Shown here piece after piece: positions 38,233 through 49,000 of a stretch of DNA of 64,000 nt. The stretch lies in contig CAXXRX010000001.1 in NCBI GenBank assembly GCA_963675545.2, positions 96,326-160,325 on the forward strand, given 5' to 3'. A model generated the notes under the pieces. The model had not been told where the DNA came from and did no database searches. It was given only the letters and a program-made list of their open reading frames with translations. Numbering within the stretch: position 1 is the first letter of the stretch; each line of letters opens with the position of its first letter. This stretch comes from Desulfocapsaceae bacterium. Its GTDB lineage: Bacteria; Desulfobacterota; Desulfobulbia; Desulfobulbales; Desulfocapsaceae. The translations under genes and the position numbers were made by a program.

Positions 38233-40056
38233 TCAGTTCGATCGTACCTGCATGTCCGGCAGCGTTTGCCCATCTTCAGGTTTAACCTCTGCAAAGGTGA
38301 TATTGTTGTTGCTGACCAGGATTCCCATGGCCCGATAAAGGTTGAAAAGCGAGTAATTGTAGGTCAGCTCACTTTTGGCAAACAGTTCCTCTGAATCGCT
38401 CAGCCGTTCGCCGGCGTCCATCAGTCGGTAGAGCACATCTCCATAGGGTTCGTTGTTGGCCAGCAGGTAATCGACCTGCGAGAGCAGGGCCTTGACCTCT
38501 TCATCATCAGAGATCATGATCTGGTAACTCTGTACCATGGAACGGTAATTTTTTTCAAGCTCCCGATATGAAACCTGGGTTTCGAGCAGCACGTTTTCAA
38601 CGGTGGTGTCAAGCTGGTGCAGGAGCTGCCGGATCTCCAGCTTTTTTCTGGTGTTACGGGCCTTGGCGCCATTGTTGCCCAGCGGGTACTCAAAGCGCAG
38701 TCCCGCCACATAGCTGGGACCGCCTTCATCAAACTGGTCGGAGTAGGCTGTGCCATACTCGTAATCTCCCTCAAGCCCTTTGACATAGGTCTGGAAAAAC
38801 AGATCCAGGTCCGGCATCAGTTCATTTTTGGAACGGTCCAGACGCAGGTTGGCAGACTGGATATGCTTGACGGCCTGGGCTACTTCAGGGCGATTGTTTA
38901 AGGTTGTCTGCAGAGCCTGGTCAAAAACGACCTCAAACGGCTTGTTGCTGGGCATCTGGCTGGTGACCATCTCCAGTCCTGAAGCATTTAACAACTCCGG
39001 ATCGTTGACCAGAGCGCGGATGCGGGACTGGGCGTTGAGCATGGCGTATTCCGCCTGCATCGCGGCGAGCTTGTGGGCATTGACCAGGGACCTGGAGCGT
39101 GCCAGCAGGCTGGGCGGCACATCGACGCCGCTGCGCTGCTGCATCTGTTTGAAAATGTCGAGGCTTTTACTGGCAAGCTGTTTTTTCTGCAGCAGCAGGG
39201 AGCGTTCCAGGTAAAGCCCCCAATAGGCGCGGCTCACCTCAAGCAGATGGCTCTCCACACTGCGCCGCAGTTCCTCACCGGCGATTGAATAATCAATTCC
39301 GGCAAGATCAATAGGTGAGCGGTTGTAACCAATGCCGAAGCGCTTCAGCAGTGGCTGGCTGATGGTCAGGTAGGTGCCTGCCCTGGCCTGTTCTTCCGGG
39401 TTGAAATAAATGGAATTGGTGTCCATGTCGCCGATATTCTGCTTCAGCTCGACCTCTGTTCCTGTCAGGAATTTTTTACGCACACCGTATTCCAGATTCC
39501 TGGCATCTTCTTCATAGCGCAGCGGCCCGCCGGTCTGCAGGTCATCCCCCACCGGTTCATCGAGATCAGAGAGACGTCCTTCGGCGAACAGCCTGAAATC
39601 GTATGGTCCTTGCGCTTCCTGGATTGTTGTCTGGCGAATAAGCGGCAGGTCGCTGAAAACCTTGATCTGGGATGAGTGTTTCAGGGCACGACTGAACAGC
39701 GAGGTAACGTTTGTTGAGATTTCCGCTACGCTCTGATTGATCCGACCGTTGACACGTGTCTGCCACCAGGGAGAAAAATTTTCCGGGATGGAACCGGAGT
39801 CGATTTCCAATTGGTCTTCCGAGGTGCCGGAAAAAACACTGGTGTAGCCCTTTTCAGACTGTTCCATCTGCTCGATCAGCATCGAGTATCTCTGGAACAG
39901 CCTGGTCTTCAGATCATCATAATCGAGCTCGCTTTGCTGTGCAGCCTCTACAACCAGCTCATAGTCTGATGCCGCCTTGTCCTGGGCGTGGAGGGCGTTT
40001 ATCCAGGAAAGACTGCCGACAACTGCAAGCGCAATGAATATGGATCGTGTTTTCAT
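38233..40056 (-). CDS. TolC-family outer membrane efflux/secretion protein (unusually long, 607 aa)
   Basis: Signal peptide (IALAVVGSLSWINALHA). Two OEP-type repeats, e.g. 'ALQTTLNNRPEVAQAVKHIQSANLRLDRSKNELMPDLDLF'. Confidence 0.85.
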   Translation of the reverse strand: MKTRSIFIALAVVGSLSWINALHAQDKAASDYELVVEAAQQSELDYDDLKTRLFQRYSMLIEQMEQSEKGYTSVFSGTSEDQLEIDSGSIPENFSPWWQTRVNGRINQSVAEISTNVTSLFSRALKHSSQIKVFSDLPLIRQTTIQEAQGPYDFRLFAEGRLSDLDEPVGDDLQTGGPLRYEEDARNLEYGVRKKFLTGTEVELKQNIGDMDTNSIYFNPEEQARAGTYLTISQPLLKRFGIGYNRSPIDLAGIDYSIAGEELRRSVESHLLEVSRAYWGLYLERSLLLQKKQLASKSLDIFKQMQQRSGVDVPPSLLARSRSLVNAHKLAAMQAEYAMLNAQSRIRALVNDPELLNASGLEMVTSQMPSNKPFEVVFDQALQTTLNNRPEVAQAVKHIQSANLRLDRSKNELMPDLDLFFQTYVKGLEGDYEYGTAYSDQFDEGGPSYVAGLRFEYPLGNNGAKARNTRKKLEIRQLLHQLDTTVENVLLETQVSYRELEKNYRSMVQSYQIMISDDEEVKALLSQVDYLLANNEPYGDVLYRLMDAGERLSDSEELFAKSELTYNYSLFNLYRAMGILVSNNNITFAEVKPEDGQTLPDMQVRSN

Positions 40057-40083
40057 TCTTTTTCCCTTTTAATCGTGTGGTTA

Positions 40084-43000
40084 TCAGTGACTGTTACGTG
40101 CCGGCTGGGTCGATGGGGCGTCAAACTCATAGCCCTTGAAACCGTCCCACCTTATATCAAAGGTCGAGAGATTGCTCTGGTGCATGGACTGCAACACCGT
40201 AGAAGGCAGATAGGCAAATACCGTCTCCACGTCCAGGCTGGTGCTTGAATAGACCATGCTGCTGAAGCTTGGGTAAAAATAGGTGCGCATGTTGAAGAAA
40301 CCGGCACTGCTCGCATTATAGCTCGATATCGTCTGGCCGATTTCCATGTGATGCGGCAGCTCGAACATGATGGTTTCAGGCAGGTCGGCAAGCCAGTTGC
40401 CGGCCGTGTCGGCCATGACGCTGCGGTAGCCGACCTGGTTGCCCATGGCGTCGTGGAGAACAAGCTCAATCGTGGTTCCCGGCTCTGCCAGGCCGGAATA
40501 AATCGGCGACACCGGTAGCGGCGGCAGCAACCACGGTTGCTCCTCGAAGCGGGTAAAGATATCGCCCTGGTCGCCAAACTGGCGATACATGAAGAAGGCA
40601 TCGGCCACAAGACCCTGCGCAGGAGGTTCAACCGGGCCCGGAGATGGCGGGCGGGACGGCGGTGTTATGGGTACTACCGGTTCGCCCGGGTCCGGTGGCC
40701 GGGGACCTGGAAATGGTGAGGGGCCGAAATATCCGAAATCCCTGCTCAGGTCGTTTTCACCGGCAGCAAGCGTCACTTGAGACTGGTTGTCAAGTATTGC
40801 ATCGGGGTCTCCTGTCTGGGTCAGGTCAGGCGGCAATGTCGTGGTGTCAACGTAGACGGTGTACTGCCCAGCCGTGAGGTTGTCGAAGAGGTAGGTCCCG
40901 GTTGCATCCGTTGTGGTCGTCACCGCTTCTATGGTACCGTCGTTGTCAAAATCTCCCTGCAGGGTTACCCTCACTCCGGAAAGCCCGCGTTCACCTGAAC
41001 TCTGGTAGCCGTTGCCGTCCGCATCAAAATAGATGGTATCGCCGATGGAGCCGGTGCCGGTATAGCCGAAATCCTGGTCGTTATTGACGGCTCCCGGGCC
41101 CAGGTTAAGCGTGGTGCTGTTGTCAGGCGTGCCATCGGGGTCACCGCTCGGCCTGACATCAGCGGGCAGGCTGGCCGGGTCCACGCTGATTGTGTATTCA
41201 CCGGCCGGCAAATTATCAAAACTGTAGGTTCCGGCGGCATCAGTTGCCACTGTTGCTGTGTAGTCGGGAGTTCCGTCTCCATCAAAATCAACACTGATGG
41301 TGACGTCAATACCCGGCATGCCGTTTTCGCCGGCATCCTGGGTTCCGTCACCATCGGTATCAAAATAGATCGTGTCACCGATGACGCCGCTGCCGGTGTA
41401 GCCGAAATCCTGCTCGTCATTGTCTTCACCTGCTCCAAGCGATACCACGGTGGTACTGTTATTGACTCCGTCAGGATCCTCCGTCTGGCTCATTCCGCCG
41501 GGCAGGGTTGACTGGTCAACAGTTATGGTATAATCACCTGCCGGCAGATTATCGAAGCTGTAGGTCCCGCTTGCATCAGTTGTCGTGGTGACCGTCTCCG
41601 TTGTGCCGTCACCATCAATATCACCGCTCAGAGAGACGGTGACGCCCGGTAGACCGACATCACTGCCATCCTGGGTGCCGTTATTGTTCTCATCAAAATA
41701 GATGGTATCACCGATGGAACCGGTGGATGCCCCTGTATTATGGTAGCCAAAATCCTGATCGAGATTTGTTCCTCCGGCAGGAAGGTTGACTGTCGATGTT
41801 GAGTCCGGGTTAGAATCAGGGTCGGCAGTGAGTACGTACCCGTCTGGTATATCAGATGTATCCACTGAAACAACGTAGGTTCCGCCAGGCAGATTCTCGA
41901 AAAGATAGTTCCCGGAAGCATCGGTGGTGTCGGTCTGGGTATAGTCCACTGTTCCGTCGCCGTCAAAATCGAAAGAGAGGGTTACGTCAATGCCGGGCAA
42001 TCCGGGTTCCCCTCCATCCTGGATGCCATCGTTGATCACATCATTCCAGATGGTATCGCCGATCGAACCGCTTCCCTGGTACCCGAAATCCTGGTCAAGA
42101 TTGTCTTCACCATCGGCTAGTATAACCGAAGCCTGGTTTGCGATACCGTCGTTGTCGGGATCTGCTGTCTGGTTCATACCGGCAGGCAGCGAAGCGGGGT
42201 CGACTGTAATGACAAAGCTTCCGGCCGGCAGATTGTCAAACAGGTAATTGCCGTTGGCATCGGTTGTGGTGGTGACGCTGTCGGGTGTACCGTCGCCGTC
42301 TAGATCACCTGTCAGCGTAACCGAAACGCCGGGCAGTCCAGTCTCGGTACCATTCTGATCACCACTGCCGTCACTGTCAAAGAAGATAGTATCACCGATG
42401 GAGCCGGTCCCGCTGTTGTAGCCGAAATCCTGGTCAAGGTTGTTTTCACCGGCTGTGAGACCGAGCATGGTCATATTGTCGTTTGTGCCGTCGGGATCAC
42501 CGCTCTGACTCAGGCCGGCAGGCAGGGTTAAGGGGTCAACGATGAGGGTGTAATCTCCGTCCGGCAGGTTGTTAAAAAGATAGGTACCGTTGCTGTCGGT
42601 TGTAACGGTCTGCGTGTAATCAGGAGTACCATCGCTGTCGATATCAGCAGTGATAGTAATATCCACACCAGCTATGCCGGTTTCGCTGCCGTTTTGTAAA
42701 CCATCGCCGTCCGTGTCATTCCAGATCGTGTCACCGATGGAACCGGTCCCGGTGTAGCCGAAATCCTGCAGCAGGTTGTTCTGGGCACCTCCCAGAACAA
42801 GGGTTGAGGTGTTGTCAAGGGCGCTGTCGGGATCACTGCTCTGGATAATGCCCAGGGGCAGCGACGCCGGGTCAACGGTCACCGTGTATCCGCCGGCCGG
42901 CAGGTTTTCAAAGAGATAGTTGCCATCTGCGTCGGTCGTGTCGACATAGGTGTAGTCCGCCACACCATCGCCGTCGAGGTCGAGGTCGATGGTGACCTGG

Positions 43001-46000
43001 ACTCCGTTGATACCACCTTCATTGGTTTCCTGTGTTCCGTTATTATTGCCGTCAAAGAAAATGGTGTCACCGATGGAGCCGGTCCCGTTGTAGCCGAAAT
43101 CCTGGTCGAGATTGTCTTCGTCAGCTGCCAGCGTAAGTATCGCTTGATTTGCAGTTCCGCCGTCAGGATCCTGCGTCGGGCTCAGCCCGGCTGGCAGTGT
43201 TGCCGGGTTGATGATAATCGTGTAGTCACCGCCGACGATATTATCGAAAAGATACATGCCGTTGCTGTCGGTCGTAGTTGTTACCGTGTCCGCTGTCCCA
43301 TCACCGTCGATGTCGCCGGTCAGGGTTACCGTGACTCCAGAGAGTCCGGGTTCAGTGCCGTTTTGCCCGCCGCTGCCGTCCGCGTCAAAGTAGATCGTGT
43401 CGCCGATGGAGCCTGTGGATTGTCCACTATCCCAGTAGCCGAAATCCTGGTCCAGGTTGGTCCCGCCTGCAGGCAGGTTGACGGTTGTGGTCGAATCGGG
43501 GTTAGCATCGGGGTCTGCGGTGAGGACATATCCGTCAGGGATATCGTCGGTATCGATACTGATGGTATAGGTTCCCTCGGGCAGGTTGCCGAAACTGTAG
43601 GTACCGCTGCCATTTGTTGTGGTTGTTGCCGTATAGTCCGGAGTCCCGTCGCCGTCAAAATCAACGGACAGGGTTACGTCGACGCCGGAAAGTCCTGTTT
43701 CACCACCATTCTGGGTGCCGTCACCGTCAACATCGTCCCAGATAGTGTCACCGATGATACCGGTTCCGGTGTAGCCGAAATCTTCATCAAGCTCATCGAT
43801 ACCGCCTGCCAGAATAACCGTGGAGGTGTTGTCGTTGCCGCCGTCAGGATCGGCAGACGGGCTCATGCCGCCGGGCAGATCCGCCGGATCGACCGTTACC
43901 GTGTAGGTGCCGTCCCGAAGATTTTCGAAGAGATACCTGCCGTCGGCATCGGTTGTCGTGGTAAGCACATCCTCGATACCGTCGTTATTCACATCACCGG
44001 TCAGGGTAACGGTAATCCCGGGAATACCTGCATCTCCGGGTGTTTCACCTCCGGAGTTGTCGGCATCGAAAAAGATCGTATCGCCGATGGAGCCTGCGCC
44101 GGTGTAGCCGAAGTCGACGTTGTTGTTGTTTTCGCCGTCGGCCAGTGCAATCGAGGCATTGTCCGGAGTCCCGAGACCGTCGAGATCAAAGGTCTGCTCC
44201 ATGCCGGCCGGTGTTGCATCAATTGTTACCGTATAGTTTCCAGGCAGCAGATTCTCGAAGCTGTAGTTGCCGTTTTCATCAGTCGTAGTGGTAAGGGAGA
44301 TATCACCAAGATTGTCACCGGTAATATCGCCGGTCAGGGTCAGCGTTACGCCACCAAGGCCCTGTTCGCCGGCATCGAATACACCGTCAGCATCCGCGTC
44401 GTACCAGACGGTATCGCCGATTGAGCCGGTGCCTTGATTAAAATAACCAAAGTCCGCATCGTCTCTGGCTTCAGCGATATCAAGTGCGATTCCGCTGATG
44501 ACATGCTCGGTGTCAATTCCGTCCAAATCGTATGTTGCTATTGTGCCGTCCGGAAGATTCACCGGATCTACGGTTACCGTGTAATTGTCAAAGGCCGGCA
44601 GGTTTTCAAACAGGTAGTAACCATTTTCATCGGTTGTGTCTGTCCAGGTAAAGTCCGACGTGCCGTCACCGTCAGTGTCAGCGCTCAGTGTCACCAGGAT
44701 ATCGGTAATACCGGTATCGCCAGGGGTTTCACTGCCAGACTGATCGGTGTCAAAGAACACGGTATCGCCGATGCTGCTGGTTGTGATAACGGTAAAAACA
44801 GTCTCACCAACATCTCTGTCGGCAAAGATGCCGTCATCAACGGGTGAATCGATTCCGTCGTCTTCATCGTATACACGCTCATCGGGGTCTGATCCATCCT
44901 GGCCTGACCAGTCGGCATCTACACTGTTTTCATGAGGGGTGGGTAGAAATATGGCATCCAGTACGGTTACCGTATATTCAATCTCGACATATTCTCCGAC
45001 CGGTATATCCCAGTTGCCGACGATGGAAACCGTGCCATCATCGTTGTCAGTCATGGTCGGGTCAGCTACTGCGCCAAAACTGCTGGAGACAGAGGAGTAA
45101 CTAACAAAGCTGGTACCCGGCGCCAGAGTATCCAGCGCATTGACTTCATAGGCAGTGGAATTGCCGCCATTGGTGAACCGTACTGTATAGGTGAGTGTTT
45201 CATTCCACTGGGCATCCGTGCCGCTATCGAGGGAGTCTGCCACGCTTTTTTCGGTTTCGATCCACGGCTCGACAACGCTCAGGCTGTCAGTATCATCGTC
45301 TGTTACCTCGTCGCCGTCAACATTGTCATAGCTCAGGGTGACCGTATTGCCGAGAGCGGCGCTGTCAAAATTGCCGGAAACATTGGCTACCCGTGCCGTA
45401 TAGGAAATGATCAGCGGATCGTCGGTATCAACGATGGTATCGCCAAGGTTCCAGGTTATGGTGACCGCGGTGCTGCCGTCATTGGTGCCGAAGGTCGGAT
45501 CCTGGCTCAATTCGGTGGAAAAACTGCCGCTTGCCGTGCTGATTGTTGCATCATCGTTAAAAACCAGGCCGGCGATCAAAACATCTTCAATCACCAGGTT
45601 GTTGATGGTTCCTTCCGGAGCGTCAATCGTCAGGGTATAGGTGATCGTATCACCAATGGTGGCTGTGCTGGTATCACCGTCACTTTTATCGATGGTTACG
45701 CCGGGGATGGTGAATTCCGCGGTATCAACATCACGGTCTGCATTGACGCCGCCGTCGACCGGCGAGTCCACACCGTCGTTTTCATCATAGACCCGTTCGT
45801 TCGCTTCACCCGGATCGTTGTTGTCAAGGCTTGACCAGTCTGCATCCACGGTGTTTGTGTGGCTGCCGTCAACGATTGCTGCGTTGGTCACGGTGGCCGT
45901 ATAGACCAGAACCAGCTCGGCGCCCTGGGCAAGATCCCAGGCGTCATCGGCAAAGGTGATGACGGAGTTGTCACCATTCGGGGTTGCGGTGTTCAGATCG

Positions 46001-49000
46001 AAGTTGGTGTCGACGCCATCGATCCGGGCGCTCTGGATAGCTCCGAACGTAGTCCCCTGGGCCAGGGTATCGTTGAAATTGACCTCGTAGGCCGTGGCGT
46101 TGCCGCCATTGTAAAGGGTCACCGTATAGGTGACGGTATCTCCAGCTTCCACGCCGGATGTCGGAGAGACATCTTTGTTCGTTTCGATCCACGGCTCGAC
46201 AACGCTCAGGCTGTCAGTATCATCGTCTGTTACCTCGTCGCCGTCAACATTGTCATAGCTCAGGGTGACCGTATTGCCGAGAGCGGTGCTGTCAAAATTG
46301 CCGGAAACATTGGCTACCCGTGCCGTATAGGAAATGATCAATGGATCGTCGGTATCAACGATGGTATCGCCAAGGTTCCAGGTTATGGTGACGGTGGCGC
46401 TGCCGTCATTGGTGCCGAAGGTCGGATCCTGGCTCAATTCGGTGGAAAAACTGCCGCTTGCCGTGCTGATTGTTGCATCATCGTTAAAAACCAGGCCGGC
46501 GATCAAAACATCTTCAATCACCAGGTTGTTGATGGTTCCTTCCGGTGCGTCGATCGTCAGGGTATAGGTGATCGTATCACCGATGGTGGCACTTGTTATA
46601 CCGCCGTCGCTCTTATCGATGGTCACGCCGGGGATGGTGAATTCCACAGTATCGATATCACGGCCAGCATTTAGGCCGTCGTCCACCGGTGAATCGACGC
46701 CGTCGTCTTCGTCATAGACCCGTTCGTTTGCTTCTCCCGGGTCGTTGTTGTCAAGACTGGACCAGTCGGCATCCACCGTGTTGGTATGGCTGCCGTCAAC
46801 AACAGCAGCGTTGGTAACGGTGGCCGTATAGACCAGGACCAGTTCAGCACCCGGAGCAAGGTCCCAGGCGTCATCGGCAAAGGTGATGACGGAGCCGTCA
46901 CCATTTGGGGTTGCGGTATTCAGATCGAAGTTGGTGTCGACGCCATCGATCCGGGCACTCTGGATAGCTCCGAACGCAGTCCCCTGGGCCAGGGTATCGT
47001 TGAAATTGACCTCGTAGGCCGTGGCGTTGCCGCCATTGTAAAGGGTCACCGTATAGGTGACTGTATCTCCAGCTTCCACGCCGGATGTCGGAGAGACATC
47101 TTTGTTCGTTTCGATCCATGGCTCGACAACGCTCAGGCTGTCACTATCATCGTCTGTTACCTCGTCGCCGTCAACATTGTCATAGCTCAGGGTGACCGTG
47201 TTGCCGAGAGCGGCGCTGTCAAAATTGCCGGAAACATTGGCTACCCGTGCCGTATAGGAAATGATCAGCGGATCGTCGGTATCAACGATGGTATCGCCAA
47301 GGTTCCAGGTTATGGTGACCGCGGTGCTGCCGTCATTGGTGCCGAAGGTCGGATCCTGGCTCAATTCGGTGGAAAAACTGCCGCTTGCCGTGCTGATTGT
47401 TGCATCATCGTTAAAAACCAGGCCGGCGATCAAAACATCTTCAATCACCAGGTTGTTGATGGTTCCTTCCGGAGCGTCAATCGTCAGGGTATAGGTGATC
47501 GTATCACCAATGGTGGCTGTGCTGGTATCACCGTCACTTTTATCGATGGTTACGCCGGGGATGGTGAATTCCGCGGTATCAACATCACGGTCTGCATTGA
47601 CGCCGCCGTCGACCGGCGAGTCCACACCGTCGTTTTCATCATAGACCCGTTCGTTCGCTTCACCCGGATCGTTGTTGTCAAGGCTTGACCAGTCTGCATC
47701 CACGGTGTTTGTGTGGCTGCCGTCAACGATTGCTGCGTTGGTCACGGTGGCCGTATAGACCAGAACCAGCTCGGCGCCCTGGGCAAGATCCCAGGCGTCA
47801 TCGGCAAAGGTGATGACGGAGTTGTCACCATTCGGGGTTGCGGTGTTCAGATCGAAGTTGGTGTCGACGCCATCGATCCGGGCGCTCTGGATAGCTCCGA
47901 ACGTAGTCCCCTGGGCCAGGGTATCGTTGAAATTGACCTCGTAGGCCGTGGCGTTGCCGCCATTGTAAAGGGTCACCGTATAGGTGACGGTATCTCCAGC
48001 TTCCACGCCGGATGTCGGAGAGACATCTTTGTTCGTTTCGATCCATGGCTCTATGACGGTAACGACAGGATCGATCGGGTCATCCACTCTGATGGGATCC
48101 CCGCCGACAGGGTTGTCATAGACCATGTAGGTGTCGTTGGTAAGCGTCGACCCGTCGTAATTGCCGGTACCAGTGAGGACATCAAGAACCAGGGCCCTGA
48201 TCCCGATGACAAAGGCGTCGTTTTCAAAACCGCCCGGGTCATTGTCAGGAGCTATCGAAACAGTGCCGAAACCAAATGATACGGCTTCACCATTTGCTGT
48301 ACCCCCGGTGATTGCCGCCGGAGGCAGGACCGGGCCGGAAAAATCCGCTGCGAGCAATCCGGATGGGTCGTTGCCTATACCGGCCTGAGTGAAGAGCTGG
48401 TAGGAGCCGTCAATATAGCTCATGCCGGCAGGTAAATCGTCGGTGACAATCAGGTTGGCCGTGTCGCCTTCGGGTAGAGTCACCAGTATATAATATTGTA
48501 CTTCCTCACCGATGGTGTAGCTCAGCGGATCTGGATCGACCTTGTCAATTGTTCCCCCTACCGTGACTATAGCGGAGGCATCAGTGATATAGTCGTCGGG
48601 ATCACCCGTGGCTGGGGTCCCAGTGCGCTCACCAGGATCGCCGTCTTCCGGCAGGCTGGTCCAGTCAATCGTGGCGGTGTTGGTCAGGTTTTCCCCGGCC
48701 TGCGGGTCGGTGGCAAGATGGGCGGTCAGGGTGATGGTATAGGTGTCGCCGAGCTCAAAACTATCCCAGAAACCCGAAAGGGTATTACCGCTGACCGTGA
48801 CGGCGTCAGATACTCCGGAAAGGGAGCCGGTGCCGGCCTGACTGGTAATGGTAACCGTGTCGTAACCTGCCGGCAGAGTGTCGGCAAGGGTGACGTCAAA
48901 GGCATCGGCAGTACTTATTTCGTTGTCGATGGCGGTCTCATTATCATGATTAATCTCGATCGTGAAGGTGACGGTATCGTCTTCGTCGGGGGTCGGGTTG

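Noticed and set aside
43144-44424. Long plus-strand ORFs antisense to the giant gene (for example 43144..44424 at 426 aa, 45859..46674, 46786..47688, 47713..48279, 48496..49215).
   Set aside because: They lie entirely inside the 12.8-kb minus-strand ORF. They repeat with its 927-bp period and have odd Gly/Val/Arg/Ile-rich low-complexity translations. This is what is expected when GAY/ACC/GGY-rich codons are read backwards. No start signals were seen.
45271-48051. A regularly spaced repeat structure that could superficially suggest a CRISPR-like or satellite array.
   Set aside because: The period is 927 bp, and the repeats are in-frame coding units of one ORF. There is no short repeat/spacer organisation.
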